Notes: generated by a model not told the origin, from the letters alone. DNA of 64,000 nt from Syntrophorhabdaceae bacterium (GCA_963665295.1 OY762209.1:896001-960000), one strand, 5' to 3'. Positions 1 through 10,430 are shown, numbered from the stretch's first letter. Translations and numbers: made by a program.

Positions 1-495
1 TATCTGTCTCCGTGGCCCGTGGAAAATATTTCTTTCGGTTTTGCCCAGGACATGCCCGGCCTCATGGTAGGCTTTACCGTACGAAAGGACAAACATCTTA
101 GCGAAGAGGAAATTGTCTTGCTCCGTAAGGCGCTTTCTTCCGATCTTGGTGTTCCCCTCCAACTCAAGATCGAGACTGCTCGCATTGTCCCTCCACTGGT
201 GTTTGAGAGAAGAGTCGTGTCTCTATCCGAGGAAATGAAGAACGACCTCGTGTTCTTGAAGCCCATCTTTGCGAAGGACAATAGAATTACGATTCTCATC
301 GATGCATATCCAGAATCTGTCGTCCCGCGTAGGAAGGGAACCGAGCTGGCCGAGGACAGAGCGCGGGAAGTTGCATCGTTTCTCAATAGGGACTGTTTAA
401 TACCGCACTCAAATATGAAAATTGTCATCCATAGGCGGAAAACGGAAAGAACACCCACCATACAGGTTTCTACCCTATCCCCCGAGGGAAAATGA
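1..495 (+). CDS. 5'-truncated hypothetical protein with a weak OmpA-like C-terminal region
   Basis: Frame is open from base 1 to TGA at 495. LAEDRAREVASFL resembles the OmpA-like LSxxRAxxV motif. Confidence 0.5.
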   Translation, partial: YLSPWPVENISFGFAQDMPGLMVGFTVRKDKHLSEEEIVLLRKALSSDLGVPLQLKIETARIVPPLVFERRVVSLSEEMKNDLVFLKPIFAKDNRITILIDAYPESVVPRRKGTELAEDRAREVASFLNRDCLIPHSNMKIVIHRRKTERTPTIQVSTLSPEGK

Positions 496-608
496 ACGAG
501 TCGCCATCTCGCGGACCAAAATATCAGGGAATGTTTGATCCACTAAGGCTCCACCGCCTCTCTGCTTGCTATGAAAAAATGAGAATGGCCTTTTGCAGGA
601 GGTTATAG

Positions 609-1848
609 ATGGACGTTTTTAATGTACTGGCCCTTTTGATGAGTCTGGCCGCACCGTTCAGTTACATCAATTACCGGTACTTTCACCTGCCTCAGACAAT
701 CGGCGTCATGATTGCAGGTTTGACGGTGTCCGTCGGGTTCATGGCCGTCGGCTGGTTCGGATGGGACGTTGCGGAACGGGCTGCCACAGTTCTAAAGAAG
801 ATCGATTTCAACCGATTCCTTCTCCACGGGGTATTAAGTTTTCTCCTCTTCGCGGGGGCTCTGCAGATAGATGTTGACCGGCTTTTCAGACAGAAACGGT
901 CCATCCTTGCTCTATCTACCTTCGCGGTCCTCCTCTCGACCGGCATTGTTGGTATTGATCTGGTTTGTTTTCTCTCTCCTCAATATTCCCGTTTCATTCG
1001 TTTACTGCCTGCTATTCGGTGCCCTTATTTCGCCCTACCGACCCCGTAGCCGTGCTCGCTATCCTTAAGACAGCTCAAGCTCCCGAAGCCCTTCAGACCG
1101 AGATGGCGAGTGAATCCCTTTTTAATGATGGCGTTGGTGTTGTCGTATTCATTGTTCTTCTGGAGATTGCGCTCCAGGGAGGGCAGACAGCATCTCACAT
1201 ATTCCTCGTTTTCTTAAAAGAAGCCGTTGGGGGAGTCGCTTTAGGGCTAGCATCGGGATTTGTCGCGTACAGGCTCCTGCTGCACGTCGACAACTGACCC
1301 TGGCCCTTGCAATGGGCGGTTAGGCCATGGCTGACGTCATCCACTTTTCCGGTCCTCTCACCGTCGTGATTTCCGGCCTTCTAGTCGGCCATAAGGGGCG
1401 GGCTTTTGCCATGAGCGAGATCACCCGGCAGCACCTCGATACATTCTGGGAGCTTTTGGACGAGATTTTAGACGACATTCTCTTTGTGCTCATCGGTTTT
1501 GAAATGCTGGTACTGAAACTTTCAGCTCAGGGCGTCCTCGCCGGTGTTGCGGCAATACCGGTGGTCCCGTTGGCTAGATTCGTAAGCGTCGTAGTTCCTA
1601 CCACTATCGTTCGTCTCTGGGGACCCTTCACTCCGCATTTCATAAAAATACTCACCTAGGGAGGACTGAGAGGGGGTATCGCAGTAGCCCTCGCCCTCTC
1701 CCTGCCAGCCGGAACGGAAAAGAATATTTTGCTGTCTGTGACCTATGTAGTGGTGCTCTTCGCTGTCTTGGTTCAGGGTCTCACCATAGAGAAGCTCCTG
1801 CGGTACTGGATGGGAAAGAAACCTACGCCGAAAGATGAGGTTAGCTAG
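609..1848 (+). pseudogene. nhaP: Na+/H+ antiporter (CPA1/NhaP family), disrupted
   Basis: Motifs LLFAGAL, FGALISPTDPVAV, ESLFNDGVG and (W)GGLRGGIAVALALSLP are spread over several frames. Frameshifts near 955 and 1035, a short deletion near 1295, and in-frame TAG at 1321 and 1657. Confidence 0.9.
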
Positions 1849-2717
1849 GACAACTTTTCTATCAGTATCTTTATGGTTTCGGCCCAGCCGATAGGACCAA
1901 TTCCACGTGCCCGAATCAAATTTGGCACATCTATTCTGGAGTCACAACTTCCATCCGGTTTCCGGACCACGGCCGGAATATTTACTTTCCTCAGCATGGG
2001 TGTGTCGTTTGGGCTGTCCCCGATGCCGATGGTCACGAGATTGGGAAAGACCTCTTTGTAGAGTCCGGCAAGGATCGAGACCGCCTTACCTTTGTCGTTG
2101 TCTCCAAGGAGGTGATAAAACGCTCCCTGTGTGACGTTCAATCCCAGTTCGGATATAGACAGGAAGAATTCGTCGAGTCTGTCTTCCGGACCATCAAGGA
2201 CAAAGGGCTCATCGAATTCTCTCTGCCTTGCCATGAACGCCTCATGTCGGGGCAAGCCGGTCACCTGCGACACCTCTTCAACTGTCATATCCCCGAAGCC
2301 TCTCACGAGGAACCCCTTCTCGCGCAAGGCATGAAGGCCCTGTCGCAATTTTTCGTAAGGAGTCCCAAGACGTATCAGATAGTGGCGATCATGTTCTTCC
2401 ACGAGCGTGTTTTTGAGGGATTTCGTCAAAAGCATATATCCTTTTGGGATGAAAATTCCGCCCCCATTCTCACATATGAACGGATCTGTGTTTCGGAGTA
2501 GGGATCGGTAGTGCTCGATTTCAGATCTCGTCTTGCTGGAGCAAATCACGAGAGGGATATGTCGGGCTTCAAGCATCGTCAAAGCGCCGCATGCTTCAGC
2601 AAAGGAATACGTTTCGGCATCCAGAAGGGTCCCGTCAAGGTCGGTGAATATTACAATTTGTCCACCAACTCCGAAGTCCTGCCTTCTGGTCGCCTTCACT
2701 TTATAGGGATAGTTCAT
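1845..2717 (-). CDS. mpgP: HAD-IIB mannosyl/glucosyl-3-phosphoglycerate phosphatase
   Basis: FTDLDGTLLD, SSKT, ENGG, DKGKA and GDSPND motifs. Start chosen at the ATG after AGGAG. Confidence 0.85.
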   Translation of the reverse strand: MNYPYKVKATRRQDFGVGGQIVIFTDLDGTLLDAETYSFAEACGALTMLEARHIPLVICSSKTRSEIEHYRSLLRNTDPFICENGGGIFIPKGYMLLTKSLKNTLVEEHDRHYLIRLGTPYEKLRQGLHALREKGFLVRGFGDMTVEEVSQVTGLPRHEAFMARQREFDEPFVLDGPEDRLDEFFLSISELGLNVTQGAFYHLLGDNDKGKAVSILAGLYKEVFPNLVTIGIGDSPNDTPMLRKVNIPAVVRKPDGSCDSRIDVPNLIRARGIGPIGWAETIKILIEKLS

Positions 2718-2766
2718 CAGAATCTCCTTACACGTAGCCCTTTTATAGAATATAGCACACCACTTA

Positions 2767-2820
2767 TTGACTTTCAATGTAACTACATATATAATTATAA
2801 GTAACCATATTTACCTTATA
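2767..2820 (+). promoter_or_regulatory. Sigma70-type promoter of the TA operon plus an imperfect palindrome (candidate operator)
   Basis: TTGACT(2767)-17 bp-TATAAT(2790), followed by TATAAGTAA...TTACCTTATA. Confidence 0.6.
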
Positions 2821-2831
2821 AAGAGGACACT

Positions 2832-3095
2832 ATGAGGATAGTCGGTATTAAAGAGTTAAAGGAAAAACTGAGCAGTTACATAAACGAGATTCGCTCGGGT
2901 ACAACGATCGTCATCACGGACCGTGGCGAAGAGATCGCCGTCATCTCTCCTTTGTCTATTGAATACAAACTGATGGCGGCACTCGAAAAATCGGGCAAAG
3001 TGCATTGGGCGAGGGGTAAGCCTCGGGGGCTCGAAGACGGGATTATAGTGAGAGGCGAGCCCCTCTCGGTGACTATGCTGGAGGAAAGGGAATGA
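2832..3095 (+). CDS. Phd/YefM-family antitoxin
   Basis: VGIKELKEKLSSYINEI...ITDRGEEIA is a Phd-type N-terminus. ATGA overlap with the PIN gene. Confidence 0.85.
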   Translation: MRIVGIKELKEKLSSYINEIRSGTTIVITDRGEEIAVISPLSIEYKLMAALEKSGKVHWARGKPRGLEDGIIVRGEPLSVTMLEERE

Positions 3096-3559
3096 TACTT
3101 TATCTCGGCTCAAGCAGCCTTATAAAACTGTATGCGACCGAAGTTCATTCCGAAGAACTCAGGGAATGGGTCAGGGTGGCGGAAATAGTAGCTACAGCGC
3201 GCATTGCATACACAGAAGTTACATCAGCCCTAAATATTCGACTTAAGAAAGGTGATGTGTCAACAGATGATTTTGTCCGTGCTTCGGAAAGATTTGCCGA
3301 GGATTGGGAGAGTTTTGCCAAAGTTGACTTCGATGACAGGGAAGCAGGAAGGTTTGTGGAACAGTACGGTCTTAGCCGCTTCGGCGCTCTCCATCTGTCT
3401 GCGGCAAAGCTTATTCTGGGCTTCTTCGAGAAACAGAGTGTCAGGCCTGGCAAGGAACAAGGATATCAGCCGGGTATCAGCCTTTTCTTCTCTTCTGCCG
3501 ACCGGTCCCTCTTAAACTCTGCGATTAGAGAAGGGTTAAAGATCTTGCCGTTGGGATAG
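3092..3559 (+). CDS. PIN-domain (VapC-like) toxin with degenerate catalytic motifs
   Basis: ILYLGSSSLIKLY, AYTEV and GALHLSAA match the VapC pattern. Translationally coupled to the antitoxin. Confidence 0.8.
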   Translation: MILYLGSSSLIKLYATEVHSEELREWVRVAEIVATARIAYTEVTSALNIRLKKGDVSTDDFVRASERFAEDWESFAKVDFDDREAGRFVEQYGLSRFGALHLSAAKLILGFFEKQSVRPGKEQGYQPGISLFFSSADRSLLNSAIREGLKILPLG

Positions 3560-3590
3560 ATCGGCCCCATTTTTGTTCAGGAGGTACGCC

Positions 3591-4799
3591 ATGTCAGATT
3601 TTTATCAAACGGGTATTGTTGCAACATTTCATAAGCTGGGAACTCCAAACATTGGGGGAATTGAGTCGCGACTTGTAAAGTACTCGGCTGATAGGCCCAT
3701 TGCTCTCGTTCTTCCATCCCTCTATAGCGAACTGGAAGGGGAGGCTCTGAGACATATCGTCGAAGAGTTAAGCGAGGTCAAATACATAAAGCAAATTGTG
3801 GTGACCCTCGGTCCTGCATCGGAGAAAGAATTCGACGCCGCAAAACAATTCTTTTCCCGCCTTCCCCAGAACGTGAAGATTATATGGAATTCGGGAAAGA
3901 GGATGAAAAAGATATATCGAGCCATCGAATCCGAAGAACTGCATACAGGCCACGAAGGAAAGGGCCGGTCTGTATGGATGGCATACGGCTATATCTTGTC
4001 TCGCCGGGAGTTCAACGCCGTTGTCCTTCACGACTGTGACATTGTGACCTATGACAGGTCTATGCTCGCCCGCCTATGCTACCCGGTCACGGACCCCAGT
4101 CTTGATTATGATTTCTGCAAGGGATTCTATACGAGGGTGACTGACAAAATGCATGGGAGGGTGACGCGGTTGCTCGTGACGCCACTCATACGGGCACTGG
4201 AGAAGATCGTCGGGTATCTTCCGCTCCTCGTGTTTTTCGATAGCTTTCGCTATATCCTTGCCGGTGAGTTCGCGATGGACATCAACCTTGCTCGAATAAA
4301 CCGGATCCCTGGCGACTGGGGCCTTGAGGTGGGCACCTTGGCGGAGGTCTACCGGAATACGTCTGTAAATAGGGTCTGTCAGGTTGATGTTGCTGATAAT
4401 TATGAACATAAGCATCAACAATTGTCCCCTGAAGACGCGTCAAAAGGGCTTAATAAAATGTGCGTGGACATCTGCAAGTCGATCTTCAGGACGCTAGCCT
4501 CAGACGGCGTGGTCTTTTCCAATGGTCTTTTTAAGACCCTTGTTGCCACTTATGCACGGACGGCGCAGGATATGCTCCAGAGATATCAAGACGATGCATC
4601 CATAAACGGGCTTATGTTCGATAGACACGAGGAAAGTCTGGCGGTGGAAACCTTTACGGCAGGGGTTAAAAAGGCGTCCGAAATGATAATGAAAGACCCC
4701 CTGGGAGAGCCACTTATTGCAAGCTGGGATAGGGTTACCTCGGCCATTCCCGACATCCTCGCGCGAATCAACACGGCAGTGGACGAGGACAATGGGTGA
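3591..4799 (+). CDS. Glucosyl/mannosyl-3-phosphoglycerate synthase-like glycosyltransferase
   Basis: ALVLPSLYSEL, GKGRSVW, LHDCDI, GRVTRLLVTPL and YEHKHQ motifs. GGAGG RBS. Lies near mpgP. Confidence 0.8.
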   Translation: MSDFYQTGIVATFHKLGTPNIGGIESRLVKYSADRPIALVLPSLYSELEGEALRHIVEELSEVKYIKQIVVTLGPASEKEFDAAKQFFSRLPQNVKIIWNSGKRMKKIYRAIESEELHTGHEGKGRSVWMAYGYILSRREFNAVVLHDCDIVTYDRSMLARLCYPVTDPSLDYDFCKGFYTRVTDKMHGRVTRLLVTPLIRALEKIVGYLPLLVFFDSFRYILAGEFAMDINLARINRIPGDWGLEVGTLAEVYRNTSVNRVCQVDVADNYEHKHQQLSPEDASKGLNKMCVDICKSIFRTLASDGVVFSNGLFKTLVATYARTAQDMLQRYQDDASINGLMFDRHEESLAVETFTAGVKKASEMIMKDPLGEPLIASWDRVTSAIPDILARINTAVDEDNG

Positions 4800-4878
4800 G
4801 GGTTTTCACAATACGGACCGGGCGAAAGCCGCCCCTACCGGGCAACCGCTGAGGGAAGCTTAGTCGTCACGGTGATTA

Positions 4879-6171
4879 TTGCAAGGAAAGTTCCCGTTGA
4901 GGAATGTTACGCTCCATGAGGCCATCGAACAAAGAGTCCGGCAGGTTCAAACTGCGGATATTCTTGTTGGCGTCCCCAGTTATAATAATGCGGGAACTAT
5001 CGCTCATGTGGTACGGGCTGTCCAGGCCGGTCTCCGCAAGTATTTCCCGGACATGAGGGCGGTCCTGGTAAATTCGGATGGAGGCTCCACCGACGGTACC
5101 ACGCAGGTTGTTCAGGATACAACGTTCGATGATTCTCATTCTCTTTTCATATCCTATCAGGAGACTCCCTTTTTCAAAATAACAGCCCCTTACTGCGGCA
5201 TCCCAGGCAAAGGAAGTGCATTCCGGACTATATTCGAGATCGCCCGTGTCCTGGATGCAAAAGCATGTGCGGTTGTTGACGCGGACCTCAGAAGTATTAC
5301 GCCCGAGTGGGTGGAGCTTCTTATTAAGCCGGTTCTGCATCAGGGCTTTGACTATGTGGCGCCCCTTTATCAGCGCCACAAGTATGACGGAACCATTACG
5401 AATAGCATCATCTACCCTCTGACAAGGGCACTTTACGGCAAGAAGGTGCGGCAACCCATCGGGGGTGATTTTGGATTTTCCGGCGTCCTCGCGCAGTTCT
5501 ATCTCACCAAAGACGTGTGGGAAACCGATGTAGCGAGATACGGGATCGACATATGGATGACCACCACTGCCATCGCGAACGGCTTCACTCTGGGACAGGC
5601 CTACCTTGGCGCAAAAATCCATGACCCAAAGGACCCTGGCTCGGATTTGAGCGACATGCTCTACCAAGTTGTCGGTGCGACTTTTGATCTCATGGAGACG
5701 TATGCCGATAAATGGAGTCTGGTGAATGGATCGGAGGGGGTGTCCACCTTTGGATTTCGGTATGGCGTCGGTCTGGAACCCGTTTCTGTAAATGTCGAGC
5801 GGATGCTGGAGCGTTTCAGGTTTGGCGTGAATGAACTCCTGCCCCTCTGGGAACTCTTCTTGTCCTCGCGCTCTCTTGACCGCCTTCAAAGCCTTGTCGG
5901 GATATCGAAAGAAGCTTTCCATTTGTCCGATGAGCTATGGGTGGAAATCGTCTACGGTTTTGCCCTCGCGTTTCATAGAAGGCTGATCAACACGCAGCAT
6001 CTTCTGAGGTCTCTCACTCCTCTCTACATTGGAAAGACCGCATCGTTCGTTCTGGAAACGTGGGAAAACGGACCGGATGAAGTGGAGAGAAAAATCGAGA
6101 TTCTTTGCCAATGTTTCGAGGAGCAAAAAAATTCCTTCATGAAGGGTTGGATGGAAGGAGGTAGCCGATGA
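4879..6171 (+). CDS. GT-A glycosyltransferase, glucosylglycerate/mannosylglycerate synthase-like
   Basis: VGVPSYNNA, DGGSTDGT, GKGSA, DADL, RHKYDGTITN, QPIGGDF and YGIDIW motifs. Start uncertain. Confidence 0.8.
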   Translation: MQGKFPLRNVTLHEAIEQRVRQVQTADILVGVPSYNNAGTIAHVVRAVQAGLRKYFPDMRAVLVNSDGGSTDGTTQVVQDTTFDDSHSLFISYQETPFFKITAPYCGIPGKGSAFRTIFEIARVLDAKACAVVDADLRSITPEWVELLIKPVLHQGFDYVAPLYQRHKYDGTITNSIIYPLTRALYGKKVRQPIGGDFGFSGVLAQFYLTKDVWETDVARYGIDIWMTTTAIANGFTLGQAYLGAKIHDPKDPGSDLSDMLYQVVGATFDLMETYADKWSLVNGSEGVSTFGFRYGVGLEPVSVNVERMLERFRFGVNELLPLWELFLSSRSLDRLQSLVGISKEAFHLSDELWVEIVYGFALAFHRRLINTQHLLRSLTPLYIGKTASFVLETWENGPDEVERKIEILCQCFEEQKNSFMKGWMEGGSR

Positions 6172-6863
6172 ATATTCTTCGCAGTGTCCTGGTTGAACCC
6201 CTTGGACGTAGCCTGGAGAGCTTCCAGAGGCTGTTACCGGGCTTCTTTTCGTCAATTATGTTGGTTGTGTGTGGCGTTGCGCTTAGTCTGATTCTGAAAT
6301 ATCTTTGCCTACGTGTCTTCAGAGTTACCAGGATTGACAAGCTCGCTCAAAGGCTCGGTACAGTGGAGGCTTTGGGCAGGATTGGAATTAGAAGTTCCCT
6401 GTCACTCTTTCTGTCCAAATTGGCGCAGTGGATTGTAATCCTCACCTTCCTGATTGTCTCGTTGCAGAATCTTAAGATACCCACCGTGGGGCGGCTTGTC
6501 GAGCAGTTCTTTCTTTATCTACCCAATGTCTTTGTCGCGGCCTTTGTTTTGATCATGGGTTACATTTTGAGTAATTTTCTTGCGAGAACAGCCCTGATCG
6601 CTCTGGTAAACGCAGGAATCAGAGATGCACGTCTCGCCGCAAGGTTCGTCAGATTCATCGTTTTCATGCTCTGTGCAACCATGGCCTTGGAGCAGCTCGG
6701 AATCGGAAGAGATACCGTTATAGTGGCTTTTGCAATTACCTTCGGCGGTGTAGTGTTAGCCTTTGCCATAGCCTTCGGGTTTGCAGGGAGAGATATGGCC
6801 AGGAGGTATCTTGAAAAGAGGGAAAAGAATGATAAGGACAGAGACGAGATTAACCATCTCTAA
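6168..6863 (+). CDS. CmpX-like membrane protein (mechanosensitive-channel-associated TM helices)
   Basis: YLPNVFVAAFVL, ALEQLGIG and ALAFGxxGR-like motifs. ATGA overlap with the upstream gene. Confidence 0.75.
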   Translation: MNILRSVLVEPLGRSLESFQRLLPGFFSSIMLVVCGVALSLILKYLCLRVFRVTRIDKLAQRLGTVEALGRIGIRSSLSLFLSKLAQWIVILTFLIVSLQNLKIPTVGRLVEQFFLYLPNVFVAAFVLIMGYILSNFLARTALIALVNAGIRDARLAARFVRFIVFMLCATMALEQLGIGRDTVIVAFAITFGGVVLAFAIAFGFAGRDMARRYLEKREKNDKDRDEINHL

Positions 6864-6882
6864 AGGGATTATCTTTGCTTGG

Positions 6883-6938
6883 TGTAGATGTCAGCTAGAA
6901 AGTGTACCAAATTATGGCAATGTAAAAGTGTACCACCC
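6883..6938. mobile_element. Orphan IS21-family-like terminal sequence
   Basis: Starts TGT and contains two direct copies of AAAGTGTACCA, as in IS21-type multi-repeat ends. No istA/istB in the window. Confidence 0.6.
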
Positions 6939-7133
6939 GTGTATGCCATAACGTACATCATGCCCCTTGAGTGCTCAGGGTAACATTAGGGACGTCCATT
7001 AAACTATCAAATCAGCTCTGCTATAGCCGTTCTGTCCCTGATGGTTTCCCCCCCTATCCCTCCGTGCCAATATAAGTGAGACACTTCCCACCCAATAGTT
7101 TAGACTCTTGGGGGCGGGAAGGAAAGAACGATC

Positions 7134-7532
7134 GTGGAAGAAAAGAAATCAGTCATGGCATCACCAAGGGTAGTCCCCGATCCGGAAGTACCGGAAAAGG
7201 CAGTTCGCCGGAAATTCACCGCGGCGTACAAGCTCCGTATCCTCAAGGAGGTGGAGAACTGTACCGGGAAGGGTGAGATAGGGGCGCTTCTGCGCAGAGA
7301 GGGACTTTATTCATCGAGCCTCACCTCATGGCGGCGTCAGGTTCACCAGGGCCTCATCCCGAAAAAGAGAGGACCCGTCACACAAAAGCCTGATCCCCTT
7401 ATCCGTCGCACCATCGAACTGGAAAAGGAGAACACGAGGCTCACCCATAAACTGAAACAGGCGGAGCTCATTATCGAGGTCCAAAAAAAAGTGGCCGAGC
7501 TGCTCAAGGGGTCGAGCGAGGAGAAGTCATGA
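7134..7532 (+). CDS. Transposase OrfA (HTH)
   Basis: RRKFTAAYKLRIL...LLRREGLYSS. A8 run near 7483. ATGA overlap with orfB. Confidence 0.85.
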   Translation: MEEKKSVMASPRVVPDPEVPEKAVRRKFTAAYKLRILKEVENCTGKGEIGALLRREGLYSSSLTSWRRQVHQGLIPKKRGPVTQKPDPLIRRTIELEKENTRLTHKLKQAELIIEVQKKVAELLKGSSEEKS

Positions 7533-8527
7533 ACATCACGCAATCGCTTGCCCATGAAGTGGGTATCCGCCCTGCCTGCAACGCCCTCGACGTATCCCGT
7601 GCGGGCTTTTACCGGTGGCAGCATCCGAAAGAGAAGGAACCTTTGAACCGTCTCTCTCCCTTGGCCCTCTCCTTCGGGGAACGGAACGATGTACTTGATA
7701 TCCTTCATTCGGACCGCTTCATCGATAAAGCACCCCGGGAAATCTACGCGGCCCTCCTGGACGAGAAGAGCTATCTCTGTTCAGTGCGCACCATGTACCG
7801 GATCCTTGAAGAAGAAGGTGAGCTGAAAGAAAGGAGGAGGCAGGTCTCCCGTCCCCGGTACGCAAAACCGGAGATCCTCGCGAAGGCGCCCAACGAGGCG
7901 TGGAGCTGGGATATCACGAAGCTCAAGGGTTCCGTAAAATGGACCTACTACTACCTCTATGTGATCCTCGACATCTACAGCCGCTATGTGGTGGGGTGGA
8001 TGGTGGCCCACAGGGAACTTGCCGCCCTTGCTCGCAAACTGATCGCGGAGACCTGCGAGAAGCAAATGATAGAGCCCGGTAAGCTCCTGATCCATGCGGA
8101 CAGGGGGTCGAGTATGACGTCGAAACCCGTCGCCCTGCTCATGGCCGATCTCGGGGTCACCAAGAGCCATTCGAGGCCTTCGGTCAGTAATGACAACCCC
8201 TATTCCGAATCTCAGTTCAAGACCATGAAGTACCGGCCCGAGTTCCCTCAAAGGTTCGGCTCCATTGAGGATGCCCGGGCCTTTTGCCAGACATTCTTCC
8301 CCTGGTACAATACCGAGCATTACCATTCGGGGATAGGTCTTCTCACCCCCGAGGACGTCCATTATGGAAGAGCGTTGAGGATCATTGAAGGTCGTACGGA
8401 CGTACTGCGGGCTGCGTATGAAAAACATCCGGAACGGTTCAAGGGGAGGATGCCGAAACCGGCGTCACTGCCTGACGCCGTCTGGATCAATAAGCCATTA
8501 TCAACGAGCGATGGCGGGGTACACTAA
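7529..8527 (+). CDS. DDE transposase OrfB (rve)
   Basis: WSWDIT, HADRGS and DNPYSESQFKT motifs. Confidence 0.9.
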   Translation: MNITQSLAHEVGIRPACNALDVSRAGFYRWQHPKEKEPLNRLSPLALSFGERNDVLDILHSDRFIDKAPREIYAALLDEKSYLCSVRTMYRILEEEGELKERRRQVSRPRYAKPEILAKAPNEAWSWDITKLKGSVKWTYYYLYVILDIYSRYVVGWMVAHRELAALARKLIAETCEKQMIEPGKLLIHADRGSSMTSKPVALLMADLGVTKSHSRPSVSNDNPYSESQFKTMKYRPEFPQRFGSIEDARAFCQTFFPWYNTEHYHSGIGLLTPEDVHYGRALRIIEGRTDVLRAAYEKHPERFKGRMPKPASLPDAVWINKPLSTSDGGVH

Positions 8528-9289
8528 ATATCTGATGGAAGTGTCTCATTTTCATTGACACGTTCCGATTACCCCAAACTGTTACTTCTGTGCCAACTCA
8601 TGACACCCATCCCACCATTTCGTCAGATGGTCCGCATAGGGTTTGACCTGTTTTTCTATAACCTCTGCCCGTGATTCGCCTTGGTGGACAAGATGGAATC
8701 TCGAGTACTTTAGCCTCGTCATTCGCTTAAAAAGGATGTCCTGTTGGTTTCTCAAATTACGGGCCAGATCGATATTCTTCCCCGCCCGGGATAGCCCCAC
8801 CAGTGTCCATGCGTAGGCTTCGACAAGGCTCTCTTGGTCCGTTCGGGCCTCTGTCAGGTGTCGTGCTAACTGTAGTATCGCAAATATATTGCCGTTCATC
8901 GCTGCGTTGACATACCAGTATTCCGCCTGCTTAGGATCCCGCTCAACTGCTCCTCCCTGTTTATAAAGGTCGCCCAATTCTTTCTGGGCGTCAGGCAGGC
9001 CTTCTGCGGCCGCTTTTCTCAATAAACGGATGCGTTCCTCGATAGTGTTGCGCTGCGAACGCTTCAGGTCGATATACATCGTGTAGTGGGCCTTAGCATT
9101 GCCGTATTCGGCGCTTTTGGCGAACCAGTGTTTGGCCTCTACATCGTCCCGACAAGTAAAGACACCAACATGCTTCCCCGTCTCCGGTTTGAGCCTTTGG
9201 GGTGAGTTGCTTTACGAGTCCCCTATCGAGAGATGACTTGTAGATTCCAACTACACCTCCTAAACGGAGGAGTGCAATGAACACAATCA

Positions 9290-10372
9290 CTAGTGTAGTG
9301 TCTCAGTAACGCCTTTACAGCGATTCACTTTTTCAAGTATCTCCTCGGCCTTCCTGGTCCATACGAAGGGTTTGGGGTCTTCGTTGTTGCAGCGAATATA
9401 TTCTTCGATGGCGGTCACCAGTTCCTGAACGCTTTTGAAGATGCCGCGACGAATTCTCTTTCGTGTGATCTCCCCGAACCAGCGCTCCACCAGGTTAAGC
9501 CACGACGAGCTTGTGGGTGTAAAGTGGGGAACGAAACGGGGGTGTTTTTCGAGCCATGCTTTCACATTGGGGTGGGTATGAGTTCCGTAGTTGTCGAGAA
9601 TCATATGGACATCGAGGCCCTTTGGCACCTGACGGTCTATGGTACGCAGGAACTTAAGAAATTCGGTATTTCTGTGGCGGGGATAGCAGGAGCCTATGAC
9701 TTTTCCTTCCAGAACATTGAGGGCGGCAAAAAGACAGGTAGTGCCGTTCCTTTTGTAGTCGTGGGTCATCGTGCCGCAGCGCCCCTTCTTCATCGGTAAT
9801 CCCGGCTGGGTCCGGTCCAGGGCCTGCACCTGGCTTTTCTCATCCACACAGAGTACCACCGCTTTGTCGGGAGGATTGAGATAGACGCCCACCACATCGG
9901 TCAGTTTCTCCACGAACTTCTTGTCTCTGGACAGCTTGAAAGTTTCTACCCGATGGGGCTGTAGTCCATGGGCATCCCAGATGCGCTGCACGGTGGCATG
10001 GCTCACGCCCTTCTCCTTTGCCATGGTGCGGGTGGACCACTGAGTAGCATCTTTGGGAGTTGTATGGAGCGTGGCTTCCACGATGGTGCGCACTATCTCC
10101 GGGTTAAGGCGCCTTGAACTCGGCCCATGGGGTGCGTCCTCCGACAAACCGGAGGGGCCCTGTTCTCTGAAGCGGCCTACCCACAATATCACCGTAGGGC
10201 GGGAGGTATTGAGCCTCTTCGCTATGGCGTTATGGGACATCCCTTCTGCCGCGAGCAGGCAGATGCGGGAGCGTAGAACCACCCTTTGGGGAGTCTTCTT
10301 TGCTTTGACCCATGTTTCCAATGTCTTTCTCTGCTCTTCCGTCATGTCTAGCGTACTGGCTGGATTCCACAT
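9290..10372 (-). CDS. IS630 transposase
   Basis: CVDEKS, HDYKRNGT, ILDNYGTH and SSWLNLVERWF motifs. Confidence 0.95.
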   Translation of the reverse strand: MWNPASTLDMTEEQRKTLETWVKAKKTPQRVVLRSRICLLAAEGMSHNAIAKRLNTSRPTVILWVGRFREQGPSGLSEDAPHGPSSRRLNPEIVRTIVEATLHTTPKDATQWSTRTMAKEKGVSHATVQRIWDAHGLQPHRVETFKLSRDKKFVEKLTDVVGVYLNPPDKAVVLCVDEKSQVQALDRTQPGLPMKKGRCGTMTHDYKRNGTTCLFAALNVLEGKVIGSCYPRHRNTEFLKFLRTIDRQVPKGLDVHMILDNYGTHTHPNVKAWLEKHPRFVPHFTPTSSSWLNLVERWFGEITRKRIRRGIFKSVQELVTAIEEYIRCNNEDPKPFVWTRKAEEILEKVNRCKGVTETLH

Positions 10373-10430
10373 GCACTATGATAGCATAGCCAAGGGTAAT
10401 TGTAAAGCTATTAGTGAGCCAGTACACTAG
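9290..10430 (-). mobile_element. IS630-family insertion sequence
   Basis: Both ends read CTAGTGTA(G/C)TG(T/G)CTCA(G/C)TAA. TA within CTAG at both flanks. Confidence 0.92.

Larger units (their letters stand above)
7065..8560 (+). mobile_element. IS3-family-like insertion sequence
   Basis: IRs TGCCAATATAAGTGAGACACTTCC and (reverse complement) TGTCAATGAAAATGAGACACTTCC enclose orfA and orfB. Confidence 0.85.

Noticed and set aside
1321..1659. In-frame TAGs in nhaP as recoding or pyrrolysine
   Set aside because: The same gene has frameshifts and a deletion, and TAG terminates normal genes elsewhere in the window.
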